In this document: positions 19,674-30,089 of the stretch, in pieces | How the letters are laid out: every line of letters starts with the position of its first letter | Numbering within the stretch: the stretch's first letter is position 1 | NCBI GenBank assembly: GCA_938073745.1 | Contig: CALJFR010000003.1 | Span: 1,049 to 65,048, forward strand | Direction of reading: 5' to 3' | DNA length: 64,000 nt | Origin: an uncultured Flavobacteriales bacterium | Lineage (GTDB): Bacteria > Bacteroidota > Bacteroidia > Flavobacteriales > BACL11 | Translations under genes and position numbers: made by a program | Notes under the pieces: model-generated | The model's input: the letters and a program-made list of their open reading frames with translations, nothing else | The model's database searches: none | What the model was told of the DNA's origin: nothing

Positions 19674-20366
19674 ATGCAATTATTTTATACTGAAAAAATT
19701 GATGAAAAAATTTCTCTAAGTAATGAAGAAAATAAGCATATAGTAAAAGTACTTAGAAAGAACGTTGGAGATAAAATAAATATTATTAATGGTAAAGGAT
19801 TCTTATTTATTGCTGAAATTGAAGAAATAAAAAAAAATACAGTCAGCTTAAAAGTTATTAAAAAAGAAAAAAAAGAAAAACAACATAAGTATAATTTACA
19901 TTTAGCAATTGCTCCAACAAAAAATATTAACAGATTTGAATGGTTTTTAGAGAAAGCAACAGAGATTGGAATAAATGAAATAACTCCTATTATTTGCTCA
20001 AGGTCAGAAAGAAAAAAAGTTAATCTTGAGCGTTGCAATAGAATAATAATTTCAGCTATAAAACAGTCTATGAAATTTTATAGACCAAAATTAAACTCTC
20101 CAATAAGCTTTATAGATTTTATTGATAAAGAATACCCCGGAGAAAAATACATCGCTCATTGCTTGAATCAAAAAAAACATAAGATAATTAAATCAAAAAA
20201 CTTATCTCATTTAATTTTAATAGGCCCAGAAGGAGATTTTTCTGAAAATGAAATTTCTCAAGCAATTAACAAAAAATTTAAACCTACAACTTTAGGTAAT
20301 AGTCGGCTAAGAACTGAAACTGCAGGTGTAGTAGCTACACAAACATTAAACCTTCTTTTTGAATGA
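19674..20366 (+). CDS. rsmE: 16S rRNA (uracil1498-N3)-methyltransferase
   Basis: MQLFY N-terminus, HIVKVLR PUA-like segment, and C-terminal LIGPEGDFS...LGNSRLRTETAG SPOUT knot motif. Confidence 0.85.
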   Translation: MQLFYTEKIDEKISLSNEENKHIVKVLRKNVGDKINIINGKGFLFIAEIEEIKKNTVSLKVIKKEKKEKQHKYNLHLAIAPTKNINRFEWFLEKATEIGINEITPIICSRSERKKVNLERCNRIIISAIKQSMKFYRPKLNSPISFIDFIDKEYPGEKYIAHCLNQKKHKIIKSKNLSHLILIGPEGDFSENEISQAINKKFKPTTLGNSRLRTETAGVVATQTLNLLFE

Positions 20367-20384
20367 TTTTTTTAATTTAGTAAA

Positions 20385-21041
20385 ATGATATTTTTAAGAA
20401 TTTTCTTTTTTGTTTTATTCCCTTTAGCTTCTTTAAGTCAGAGCACATATTCTATTGCTACTTTAAAATATAATGGTGGAGGCGACTGGTATGCAAATCC
20501 AACGGCATTACCAAACTTGATAGAATTCTCAAATAAAAATTTAGGAACAAATATTAAAGAATCGCCGGATATTGTGGAAGTTGGTAGTAGTGATATTTTT
20601 AACTACCCATTTATTCATATGACTGGGCACGGCAATATTTTTTTCAGTAATGAAGAAGCAAATAATCTAAGAAAATATCTTTTGTCTGGAGGATTTCTTC
20701 ATGTTGATGATAATTATGGGTTAGATGAGTTTTTTAGAAAAGAAATAACAAAAGTATTTCCAAATAAAAAATTAATTAAAATCAATTCAAATCATATTAT
20801 TTTTAATCAAAGTTTCAGCTTTCCAAATGGCTTACCAAAAATACACATCCATGATGCAAAACCATCTGAGGCCTATGGAATTTTTGATAATGGCAGATTG
20901 CTTTGTCTATACACCTATGAATCAGATTTAAGTGACGGATGGGAAGATTCAGAGGTTCATAATGATAGCGAAGAAACCAGATTAAAGGCTTTAAAAATGG
21001 GTTCCAATATTATTGAATATGTCTTTTTAGGCAAAAACTAG
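20385..21041 (+). CDS. DUF4159-like secreted protein
   Basis: Signal peptide. YNGGGDWYANPTALPNL and FLHVDDNYG match my memory of DUF4159. Confidence 0.6.
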   Translation: MIFLRIFFFVLFPLASLSQSTYSIATLKYNGGGDWYANPTALPNLIEFSNKNLGTNIKESPDIVEVGSSDIFNYPFIHMTGHGNIFFSNEEANNLRKYLLSGGFLHVDDNYGLDEFFRKEITKVFPNKKLIKINSNHIIFNQSFSFPNGLPKIHIHDAKPSEAYGIFDNGRLLCLYTYESDLSDGWEDSEVHNDSEETRLKALKMGSNIIEYVFLGKN

Positions 21042-22553
21042 ATCAGCATCAACATCTAAATTTTGTAAAAAACTTATTGAATTTTCAATATCGATGCTTA
21101 ATATTCTATCCTGATTTAGAAAACTGACATCTTTTCTAAATTCTTTAACAATACTTTGGATAAAGCTGGATGAAACATCTTTTCTGTAAGATAATGCTTG
21201 CACAGCATTTAATAATTCTATAGCTAATACCTTTTCAACATTATTAATTACTACAAAAAGCTTTGTGGCTGCATTTGCTCCCATACTAACATGGTCTTCT
21301 TGACCATTAGAAGAAACTATACTGTCCACTGATGCAGGTGTGCATAATTGTTTATTTTGACTAACAATACTCGCTGCAGTATATTGAGTAATCATCATAC
21401 CAGAATTTAAGCCAGGATCATTAACTAAAAATGGAGGCAAATCTCTTTCTCCAGAAATTAACTTGTAGATTCTTCTTTCAGAAATTGAAGCTAGTTCTGA
21501 TAAAGCAATTGCTAAATAATCCATACTCATAGACAGTATTTGACCATGAAAATTTCCTCCTGAAATTATTCTATCCTCTTTAATAAAAATATTAGGATTA
21601 TCTGTAACAGAATTGATTTCAGTATTAAATACTTGCTCAACATGAGATATGACATCTTTTGTTGCTCCATGAACTTGGGGAATACATCTAAATGAGTATG
21701 GATCTTGAACATGATTTTTTATTTTGCTTTGAATTTCACTTTCCTTCAAAAAATCTTCTATATTTTTTGCAGTTTTTATTTGACCTTTATGTGGTCTGAC
21801 ACTTTGAATTAATTTATCATAAAACTCATTTCTACAATCAAAAGCATCTATTGAAATAGAAGAAATTAAATCTGCTAAATAAGATAACTTCTTTGCTTTA
21901 ATTAAGCTCCAAACTCCATAAGAACTCATAAACTGTGTTCCGTTTAATAGTGCTAATCCCTCTTTTGACTGAAGTGTAATAGCTTTCCATTTTAAATCTC
22001 TAAATACTTTAGATATCTTTTTTCTTTTATAATTTGGTTTATTAGAATTTTCTAAAACATCTACTTCACCTTCTCCCAATAATGATAATGACATATGTGC
22101 TAATGGGGCTAAATCACCAGAAGCACCTAAACTCCCTTGTTGATAAATAACTGGTAAAATTCTATTATTATACATGTCTACCAATCGCTCAACAGTTTCT
22201 AACTGAACACCAGAATGACCGTATGATAAGGACTGTATTTTCAATAATATAATCAATCTTACAATCTCAAATGGCACTTCATCACCTACTCCACATGCGT
22301 GAGATAAAACTAAATTTTTTTGTAACTGGCCTAAATCAGCCTTATCAACTTTTTTATCATATAACGAGCCAAAACCCGTGTTAATTCCATAAATAGGATC
22401 ATTAGATTCATGAATCTTTTTATCTAAATATTTTCTGCAGTCTCTAATTTGACTTTTAACTTTTGAAGAAAGAGATAGCTTTGAATCATTCTTGATGATT
22501 TCTCTAATAGAATTAATAGATAATATTTCTGATCCAATTTTATACACCTTCAT
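21027..22553 (-). CDS. hutH: Histidine ammonia-lyase (MIO enzyme)
   Basis: The MIO-forming triad is in GSLGASGDLAPLAHM. The selectivity position reads LVLSHACGVG (Ser-His), as in HAL rather than TAL or PAL. Confidence 0.85.
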   Translation of the reverse strand: MKVYKIGSEILSINSIREIIKNDSKLSLSSKVKSQIRDCRKYLDKKIHESNDPIYGINTGFGSLYDKKVDKADLGQLQKNLVLSHACGVGDEVPFEIVRLIILLKIQSLSYGHSGVQLETVERLVDMYNNRILPVIYQQGSLGASGDLAPLAHMSLSLLGEGEVDVLENSNKPNYKRKKISKVFRDLKWKAITLQSKEGLALLNGTQFMSSYGVWSLIKAKKLSYLADLISSISIDAFDCRNEFYDKLIQSVRPHKGQIKTAKNIEDFLKESEIQSKIKNHVQDPYSFRCIPQVHGATKDVISHVEQVFNTEINSVTDNPNIFIKEDRIISGGNFHGQILSMSMDYLAIALSELASISERRIYKLISGERDLPPFLVNDPGLNSGMMITQYTAASIVSQNKQLCTPASVDSIVSSNGQEDHVSMGANAATKLFVVINNVEKVLAIELLNAVQALSYRKDVSSSFIQSIVKEFRKDVSFLNQDRILSIDIENSISFLQNLDVDADLVFA

Positions 22554-23900
22554 CTATAGAATGATTTTAATGAATTCTGAAATACTCATTTTTTTCTGCT
22601 CTCCAGTACTCATATTCTTAGTTGTTAATTGTCCAGATTTCATTTCATCCTCTCCAATCATAACAACAAATTGGACACCCTTATTGTTGGCATAATTCAT
22701 TTGTTTTTTTATCTTATCATTATTTGGATATAGTTCAGAACTTATATTGTTTTCTCTTAACTCTTTTAGATACTTAAAACAATAATTCGCTTCTATTTCT
22801 CCAAAATTCAGAAATAGGACTTTAGATGTTGTATCAATGCCTGTTGGAAACAAGCCCAATTCTTCCATAACTAAATAGATTCTATCTATTCCAAAAGAAA
22901 TTCCAACTCCTGATACATCCTTTAAGCCAAAGATACTTGTTAAATCGTCATACCTTCCTCCTCCAGCTATACTTCCAATATTAACATCTAATGACTTTAC
23001 TTCAAAAATAGAACCAGTGTAATAGTCTAATCCACGAGCTAAAGAGATATCAAATTTCAACTCTGAGCTTTTAAGTCCTAAACTTTTAATTAATTTTAAA
23101 ATAAAATCTAATTCCTCAACACCCTTTTTACCTAATTCAGTTTGATTTACAAGGTTAGAAATATCATTAATATTTTTAATATTTAAAAACTTATCTAACA
23201 AATTAATTTTGTCAACATCTAAGCCAAGCTTTATTAATTCTTTTTTTACATTTTTAACTCCTATTTTATCAATTTTGTCAAGGATAATAACAAATTGATC
23301 AAAATATTCAGAAGCTGACATGAATTCAATCATTGCTGAAAGAATTTTTCTGTTGTTAATTAAAATTTGAATATTAGGAATATTTAAAGAAGTAAAAATA
23401 TCATCACATAATTGAATAAGCTCTATCTCATTTAATAGTGATTTCGATCCAATAACATCAGCATCACATTGATAAAACTCTCTAAACCTACCTTTTTGAG
23501 GTCTGTCTGCTCTCCAAACATTCTGCATTTGGTATCGCTTGAAAGGAAATGTTATATCATTTTGATTATTCACAACAAATCTGGCAAATGGAACTGTTAG
23601 ATCATACCTTAATGCCTTGTCGCAAATTTCTTTTGACAAAGATTTAGATGTAGTAGTATTATCAATTGTTGTTTTAGAAAGAAAATTACCTGAGTTCAAA
23701 ACTTTAAAAATTAACCTATCTCCTTCTTGACCATATTTACCTGTCAAGGTTTCAATATTCTCCATTGCAGGAGTTTCGATAGGGGCATAACCATAGCGTT
23801 CAAAACAAGATTTAACTTTTTTGAAAATATAATTTCTTCTAAACATTACTTTAGATGTGAAATCACGTGTTCCTTTTGGCACTTGAATATTTCCTTTCAT
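22554..23900 (-). CDS. hisS: Histidine--tRNA ligase
   Basis: PKGTRDF N-terminal motif, class II motifs (FRYERPQ-like RADRPQKGRFREFYQCD), and a C-terminal anticodon-binding domain. Confidence 0.9.
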   Translation of the reverse strand: MKGNIQVPKGTRDFTSKVMFRRNYIFKKVKSCFERYGYAPIETPAMENIETLTGKYGQEGDRLIFKVLNSGNFLSKTTIDNTTTSKSLSKEICDKALRYDLTVPFARFVVNNQNDITFPFKRYQMQNVWRADRPQKGRFREFYQCDADVIGSKSLLNEIELIQLCDDIFTSLNIPNIQILINNRKILSAMIEFMSASEYFDQFVIILDKIDKIGVKNVKKELIKLGLDVDKINLLDKFLNIKNINDISNLVNQTELGKKGVEELDFILKLIKSLGLKSSELKFDISLARGLDYYTGSIFEVKSLDVNIGSIAGGGRYDDLTSIFGLKDVSGVGISFGIDRIYLVMEELGLFPTGIDTTSKVLFLNFGEIEANYCFKYLKELRENNISSELYPNNDKIKKQMNYANNKGVQFVVMIGEDEMKSGQLTTKNMSTGEQKKMSISEFIKIIL

Positions 23901-23940
23901 AACACTGCAAATATCGAAAAATATAATAGATTAATTTAAT

Positions 23941-23948
23941 TACTTTTG
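23941..23948 (+). promoter_or_regulatory. -7 box TACTTTTG upstream of ubiA-like gene
   Basis: Exact TAnnTTTG match, 36 nt upstream of ATG 23985. Confidence 0.4.
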
Positions 23949-23984
23949 ATATGATGATTTTAAACAAATATTAGTACTCATTTT

Positions 23985-24830
23985 ATGAAAAAATATTTGT
24001 CGTTAATTAAATTTAGCCATACAATTTTTGCACTTCCTTTTGCTGTTATTGGGTTCTTCCTTGCCTATCATGAAAGTAATATTTCGTATTTAACTTTTAT
24101 ATATGTAATTCTGTGTATGGTATTTGCAAGATCAGCAGCTATGGCATTTAATAGATATATTGATAGAGATATTGATACTATTAATCCAAGGACATCTGAA
24201 ATAAGAGAAATCCCTTCAAAAAAAATCAATCCCTCGTCTGCATTAAAATTTGTGATTTTAAATTCAATTCTTTTTGTCATTACTACATTTTTTATCAATC
24301 AATTATGCTTTCTATTATCTCCAATTGCATTAATTATTATTCTTGGATATAGCTATACTAAAAGATTTACTTTTTTATGTCACTTTGTTCTTGGAATTGG
24401 ACTATCACTTTCTCCTATAGGCGCCTATTTAGCAGTCACTGAATCATTTGATATTCTACCAATATATTTCTCAATTATTGTACTGTTTTGGGTTGCTGGA
24501 TTTGATATTATTTATTCTTTACAAGATGAAAAGTTTGATGCTAAAAATAACCTCAATTCAATTCCTGTATACTTAGGAAAGAAAAACGCATTATTACTTT
24601 CTAGGTTTTTACATTTCATTACCTTCTTAATTTTAATTTTTATAGGAATTAAATATAATTTTGGTATGTATTATTTAATTGGAGCTACAATATTTAGCTC
24701 TCTTTTAGTATACCAACATACTTTAGTTACAGCTGATGACTTAAGAAAAGTAAACATCGCATTTTTTACTACAAATGGAATTGCATCTTTAGTATTTGGT
24801 TTATTTGTAGTTCTGGATATATTAATTTAA
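23985..24830 (+). CDS. UbiA-family aromatic polyprenyltransferase (4-hydroxybenzoate polyprenyltransferase-like)
   Basis: 281 aa with about 8 TM helices. First Asp-rich motif NRYIDRDIDTINPRT and second motif YSLQDEKFD. Confidence 0.8.
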   Translation: MKKYLSLIKFSHTIFALPFAVIGFFLAYHESNISYLTFIYVILCMVFARSAAMAFNRYIDRDIDTINPRTSEIREIPSKKINPSSALKFVILNSILFVITTFFINQLCFLLSPIALIIILGYSYTKRFTFLCHFVLGIGLSLSPIGAYLAVTESFDILPIYFSIIVLFWVAGFDIIYSLQDEKFDAKNNLNSIPVYLGKKNALLLSRFLHFITFLILIFIGIKYNFGMYYLIGATIFSSLLVYQHTLVTADDLRKVNIAFFTTNGIASLVFGLFVVLDILI

Positions 24831-26227
24831 TTAAATATCTTACCAGGGTTTAAAATATTTTTTGGATCAAATAAATTTTTAATTCCCTTTTGAAGTTCAA
24901 TTTCTTTATTAGAAAAAACTATGTCAATATAATCTTTCTGCACAAAACCTATTCCATGTTCGCCGCTTATTGTACCTCCTAATTTTTTTGTCAATATAAA
25001 AATTTCTCTTATTGCATCTTTTATTTCTAAATCCCATTTTTGATCAGACATACCACCTTTTATGATGTTAATATGTAAGTTACCATCACCTGCATGACCA
25101 TAGCACACTGATTTAAAACCATATTCCTCACCAATTTTTTTAACACCAGTAAGCAAGTTTGCAAGTTCTGCTCTAGGCACAACTGTATCTTCTTCTTTAT
25201 ATATAGAATTTGATTTTACGGCTTCTCCAACCATTCTTCGTAAACGCCATAATCTATCTTTCTGTTCTTTACTTTCAGCTAATAATATCTCACCACATTC
25301 AAAATCATATAAAACATTAGAGATTTTTTCACAATCACTAAATAAATCATCTAAATCATTTCCATCAACCTCAATTAGTAAATGTGCTTGAATATCTTCT
25401 TTTATATCCATCTTTATATCTGAATATTTTAATGTCCAATCAATTGCATCACGTTCAATAAATTCAAGAGCAGAAGGTGTTATTCCTTTCATAAAAATTG
25501 CAGATACTGCTTCACAAGCCTTTTCAGCAGATTTAAATGGAACCAACATAGTAATATCCTTTGTTGGTAACGGAATTAATTTAAAAACAATTTTTGTTAT
25601 GATTCCTAATGTTCCTTCACTACCAATCATCAATGATGTGAGATCATACCCAGTAGAATTCTTTAAAACATTTGCTCCAGTCCAAATCGCCTCACCTGTT
25701 GCTAGAACAACTTCTAAGTTTAAAACATAATCTTTCGTAACGCCATATTTTAAAGCCTTAGGACCACCAGAATTTTCTGCTAAATTACCCCCAAGAAAAG
25801 AACTTCCTTTACTAGCTGGATCTGGAGGGTAAAACAAGTTTTTTTGCTCGACAAAATCTCTAAAAACTTGATTAATTACTCCAGGTTCTACAGTAGCTTG
25901 TAAATTTTTTTCATCTATCTGAATGATCTTATTAAAATTTTCTAAAGAAAGAGCAACACCCCCAAATATTGGAAGAGAGCCACCACTTAATCCGGTTCTT
26001 GCTCCACAGGGAGTTACTGGTATATTTCTTTTATTACAGTAAATCATAATTATAGATACTTGAGCAGTATTATATGGCTTGAGAACAATCTGAGGAAGGA
26101 ATTTTAAATCTTCAGTTTCATCATGTGAGTAATCATTCAAAATATTTTCATCTAGAAAAACATAATCGTTTCCAATCTGATTTCTGAAAAACAAGATATC
26201 ATCATTAGTTAATTTTGAATAATTCAT
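24827..26227 (-). CDS. FAD-linked oxidase (GlcD / D-lactate dehydrogenase-like)
   Basis: 466 aa. FAD_binding_4-type N-terminus (PCGARTGLSGGSLP) and C-terminal GEHGIG motif. Its stop shares the palindrome TTAA with the convergent ubiA-like stop. Confidence 0.8.
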   Translation of the reverse strand: MNYSKLTNDDILFFRNQIGNDYVFLDENILNDYSHDETEDLKFLPQIVLKPYNTAQVSIIMIYCNKRNIPVTPCGARTGLSGGSLPIFGGVALSLENFNKIIQIDEKNLQATVEPGVINQVFRDFVEQKNLFYPPDPASKGSSFLGGNLAENSGGPKALKYGVTKDYVLNLEVVLATGEAIWTGANVLKNSTGYDLTSLMIGSEGTLGIITKIVFKLIPLPTKDITMLVPFKSAEKACEAVSAIFMKGITPSALEFIERDAIDWTLKYSDIKMDIKEDIQAHLLIEVDGNDLDDLFSDCEKISNVLYDFECGEILLAESKEQKDRLWRLRRMVGEAVKSNSIYKEEDTVVPRAELANLLTGVKKIGEEYGFKSVCYGHAGDGNLHINIIKGGMSDQKWDLEIKDAIREIFILTKKLGGTISGEHGIGFVQKDYIDIVFSNKEIELQKGIKNLFDPKNILNPGKIFN

Positions 26228-26244
26228 TTAAATTAAATTTAATA

Positions 26245-26252
26245 CAAAATTA
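26245..26252 (-). promoter_or_regulatory. -7 box TAATTTTG upstream of FAD-oxidase gene
   Basis: The reverse complement of caaaatta is TAATTTTG, 17 nt upstream of ATG 26227. Confidence 0.4.
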
Positions 26253-26287
26253 AGTAAATTAGCACACTACTTTAAATAAATAAATTA

Positions 26288-28432
26288 ATGAAAAAGATCT
26301 TTTTTTGCTTATCATTCATAATAATTTCATTAGTTGCCTTAAGTCAAAATAAAAAAATAACCTTAGAAGGTATATATAAAGATTATAATTTCTATCCTAA
26401 AAGTTATCAAGGACTAAAATCGATGAACAACGGTGAGTTTTATACTCAAATGAAACGCACTGAAGATGGTCAAGAAATTATTAAGTATAATTTTAAAAAT
26501 GGTGATAGAATCACAAGATTATTTAAAAGTTCAGATTTTAAAATTGGAAGAATTAATAGCTATACTTTAAGTCATGATGACAAATTAATGATTCTTGCAA
26601 CTGAAACAGAATCAATCTATAGATATTCAAAAAGAGCAATATATTATGTTTTTAATATTCATAACAATAAACTAAAAAAAATATCAGAAGAAAAAATTAG
26701 ATATCCAACATTTTGTCCAAATAACGAAAAAATTGCTTTTGTTTTTAATAATAATCTATACATCAAAAACATATTAAACGGAAAAGAAACACAAATAACC
26801 TTTGATGGCAAAAAGAACCATATTATAAATGGAGCATCAGATTGGGTTTACGAAGAAGAGTTTCGTTTGGTAAAAGGTTTTGAATGGTCTTCAAATGGAG
26901 AGATTATTGCCTACTATAAATTTGACGAATCTCATGTTAAAGAATTTTCAATGGATAAATTTAATGGAAACCTTTACCCTACTCAAGAAGTCTTTAAATA
27001 TCCAAAAGCAGGAGAAGCTAATTCTACTGTTAATGTGTATTTATACAATCTGAACAAAAAAGAAAAAAGTTTAATTTATACCGAAGAAGACTATGAGTAT
27101 ATTCCAAGAATTAAATGGTCACGAGATCCAAATATATTGACAATAATAGGTCTTAATAGACATCAAAACAAATTAGATTTTATTTTAGTTAATGCACAAG
27201 ATGCTTCAAATAATATATTGTTCTCAGAAGAAGATAAATACTATATAGATATTAATGATAATCTCACTTTCTTACCTAATAATTTTTTTATTTGGACTTC
27301 AGAGAAAAAGGGATATAATCACATTTTTTTGAAAGGTTTAGATGGAAGTGAGGAACAATTAACAAAAGGTTCATGGGAAGTAACATCTTTTGATGGTTTA
27401 GATAGTGATAAAATGCAAATTTTTTATAGATCTACTGAGGATGGTTCAACAAATAGGTCTCTTTATATGCTTGATTTAGAAACTGGCAAAAAAGAAAAGC
27501 TTAGCACTCAGATTGGTACAAATTCCGTAAAATTTAGTAAAGGACTAAAGTATTATATAAACACTTATTCGAACGCAAATACACCGCCAATTTACTCCTT
27601 ACATAAGTCTGATGGTTCATTAGTAAAAATCATTGAAGACAACACAGAGTTCACAAATAAAATTAAAGAGTATAATGTTAGTAAAAAAGAGATTTTTACT
27701 ATTTATACAGAAAAAGCTGATTTAAATGCTTGGATAATAAAACCACCAAATTTTGATAAAAATCTAAAATACCCATTATTGATGTTTTTATATGGTGGGC
27801 CCGGATCTCAAAAGGTATTAAATAGATATGAAGGAAGTAATTTTTACTGGTTTCAAATGTTAGCTCAAAAAGGATACGTGGTTGCTTGTGTAGATAATAG
27901 AGGAACTGGTGGAAAGGGTTCAGAGTTTAAAAAAATGACATATAAAGAGTTAGGTAAATATGAGACCATTGATCAAATTGACGCAGCAAAATATTTTGCT
28001 GATTTAGAATTTATAGATAAAGATAGAATTGGTATTAAAGGTTGGAGTTATGGAGGTTATATGTCTTCATTAGCAATAACAAAAGGAGCTGATGTTTTTA
28101 AATTAGCTGTAGCTGTTGCTCCAGTAACAAACTGGCGCTATTATGATAATATTTATACGGAAAGATATATGCAAACTCCTCAGGAAAATGAGAAAGGTTA
28201 TGATGAAAACTCTCCAATTAATCACGTTGATAAACTTAAAGGAAAATATCTTTTAATTCATGGTACTGCTGATGACAATGTACATATTCAAAACACATAT
28301 GAGATGACATCAGCTCTTGTGCGAGCAAATAAACAATTTGACTTATTTGTATACCCTGATAAAAATCATGGAATTTATTCAAGGTTCCATCTCTACACAA
28401 AAATAACTAGCTTTATTGTAGATAATTTATAA
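26288..28432 (+). CDS. Dipeptidyl-peptidase IV (S9B prolyl oligopeptidase family)
   Basis: Signal peptide, DPP-IV N-terminal propeller region, catalytic GWSYGGY nucleophile elbow, and HGTADDNVH. Confidence 0.9.
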   Translation: MKKIFFCLSFIIISLVALSQNKKITLEGIYKDYNFYPKSYQGLKSMNNGEFYTQMKRTEDGQEIIKYNFKNGDRITRLFKSSDFKIGRINSYTLSHDDKLMILATETESIYRYSKRAIYYVFNIHNNKLKKISEEKIRYPTFCPNNEKIAFVFNNNLYIKNILNGKETQITFDGKKNHIINGASDWVYEEEFRLVKGFEWSSNGEIIAYYKFDESHVKEFSMDKFNGNLYPTQEVFKYPKAGEANSTVNVYLYNLNKKEKSLIYTEEDYEYIPRIKWSRDPNILTIIGLNRHQNKLDFILVNAQDASNNILFSEEDKYYIDINDNLTFLPNNFFIWTSEKKGYNHIFLKGLDGSEEQLTKGSWEVTSFDGLDSDKMQIFYRSTEDGSTNRSLYMLDLETGKKEKLSTQIGTNSVKFSKGLKYYINTYSNANTPPIYSLHKSDGSLVKIIEDNTEFTNKIKEYNVSKKEIFTIYTEKADLNAWIIKPPNFDKNLKYPLLMFLYGGPGSQKVLNRYEGSNFYWFQMLAQKGYVVACVDNRGTGGKGSEFKKMTYKELGKYETIDQIDAAKYFADLEFIDKDRIGIKGWSYGGYMSSLAITKGADVFKLAVAVAPVTNWRYYDNIYTERYMQTPQENEKGYDENSPINHVDKLKGKYLLIHGTADDNVHIQNTYEMTSALVRANKQFDLFVYPDKNHGIYSRFHLYTKITSFIVDNL

Positions 28433-28472
28433 TTCTTTTTTTCTTAAATTCGGCGACTAAAACAAAAACAAT

Positions 28473-30071
28473 ATGATTCAACTAATTGGTTACGTAATTT
28501 TCACTGTATTAATTTTATTTATTGCAAAAACATATTTGGATAAAAAGGGACATCCAAAAGCTTTATTTTATTTATTTTTTGCTGAAATGTGGGAACGTTT
28601 TTCTTTTTACGGAATGCGAGCATTATTAACATTATACCTTATTAAAGACTTTTATCAAGACTTACAAAATAATGAGGAAATAGCATATGGAATATATGCT
28701 GCTTATGGGGCATTAGTATATTTAACACCTCTACTTGGAGGGTATTTAGCAGATAAGTATATTGGGTATAGAAAATCTATTCTTTTTGGTGGAATCCTTA
28801 TGGCTTTAGGGCATTTCTTTATGGCTTTTCCAACAGAGTTTATGTTTTATGGAGCCCTAGGCTTATTGATAATGGGTAATGGTTTCTTTAAACCAAATAT
28901 TTCAACATTAGTTGGATCTTTATACGAAGAAGGGGATATTAAAAGAGATGGAGGCTTTACAATTTTTTACATGGGAATAAATCTCGGTGCAATGATTGCT
29001 CCTCTTTTTTGTGGTTATCTAGGTGAAGTATACGGCTGGCATTATGGTTTTGGAGCAGCAGGCTTGGGAATGTTAGCCGGTCTTATTGTATTTTGGAAAG
29101 GAATAAGCGATAATGTTCTTGGTGATAAGGGACTTCAGCCTGTAGAATACATTAATAAAAAGATTTCAGGAATATCTATCACTAATATAATTTATGCAAT
29201 TGGTTTTCTTCTTGTTCCTGTTTTTGCTTTTCTAATTATTCTTGACAAAGATTCTCAGATTTTAGGTAATGTTTTATCTATTGTTGGTTTAGCTGTATTA
29301 GCTTATGTAGCTTATATTATTTTTGATTATAAAGTTGTTAAAAAAGATCATCAAAGTGGTGACAGATTAATTGCTTTAATGATTTTATCAGTTTTTTGTA
29401 CCATTTTCTGGGCTTGTTTTGAACAAGCAGGAAGTTCTATAACTGTATGGGTTGACAAGTGTGTTAACTTAGTAGGAATGAATGCCTCTCAGACAAATGC
29501 CATTAATCCGGCATATATAGTTTTATTGGCAATTCCATTTAGTTGGTTATGGACAAAACTTGGAGATATGAAAAGAAATCCAAATACTCCTATGAAATTT
29601 GCTTTAGGAATTTTTCAATTAGGATTAGGATTCTTAATTTTTGCTGCAACAGCCCATTTCATTGGTGAAAATGGAAAAGTTCCTTTCCTTTTTGTTTTCC
29701 TTGGCTATTTCTTAATAACAACCGGTGAGTTATTCCTCTCTCCTATTGGCTTATCTAAAGTAACAGAATTATCTCCAAAAAGAATAGCAGCTTTTATGAT
29801 GGGAGTTTGGTTCTTATCATCAACATTTGCTCATTATATTTCTGGTGAAATAGCTAAATTAACAACAAGTGGAAATACTGGTGAAAGTAATTGGCTTTCT
29901 GAACTAACAAATTGGTTTATGGGTTATCCAGACACTTCAAATGAAGCTGTAGCAACCTTACTTCAATATAATAGTATCTATGGACAAATAGGTTTTGTAA
30001 CAATATTTATCGCTATCTTCGTTGTTATTATATCACCATATATTAAAAAATTAATGCATGGTTTACATTAA
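28473..30071 (+). CDS. Proton-dependent oligopeptide transporter (POT/PTR2 family)
   Basis: ERFSFYGMRALLTLY signature, and multi-TM throughout. Confidence 0.9.
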   Translation: MIQLIGYVIFTVLILFIAKTYLDKKGHPKALFYLFFAEMWERFSFYGMRALLTLYLIKDFYQDLQNNEEIAYGIYAAYGALVYLTPLLGGYLADKYIGYRKSILFGGILMALGHFFMAFPTEFMFYGALGLLIMGNGFFKPNISTLVGSLYEEGDIKRDGGFTIFYMGINLGAMIAPLFCGYLGEVYGWHYGFGAAGLGMLAGLIVFWKGISDNVLGDKGLQPVEYINKKISGISITNIIYAIGFLLVPVFAFLIILDKDSQILGNVLSIVGLAVLAYVAYIIFDYKVVKKDHQSGDRLIALMILSVFCTIFWACFEQAGSSITVWVDKCVNLVGMNASQTNAINPAYIVLLAIPFSWLWTKLGDMKRNPNTPMKFALGIFQLGLGFLIFAATAHFIGENGKVPFLFVFLGYFLITTGELFLSPIGLSKVTELSPKRIAAFMMGVWFLSSTFAHYISGEIAKLTTSGNTGESNWLSELTNWFMGYPDTSNEAVATLLQYNSIYGQIGFVTIFIAIFVVIISPYIKKLMHGLH

Positions 30072-30089
30072 AAATTAAAAAATGAAAAA

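Noticed and set aside
21027-22553. MIO enzyme as a tyrosine ammonia-lyase feeding flexirubin-type pigment synthesis
   Set aside because: The selectivity position is Ser-His (LVLSHACGVG), as in histidine ammonia-lyases, not His-Leu (TAL) or Phe-Leu (PAL). No polyketide or flexirubin genes are nearby.
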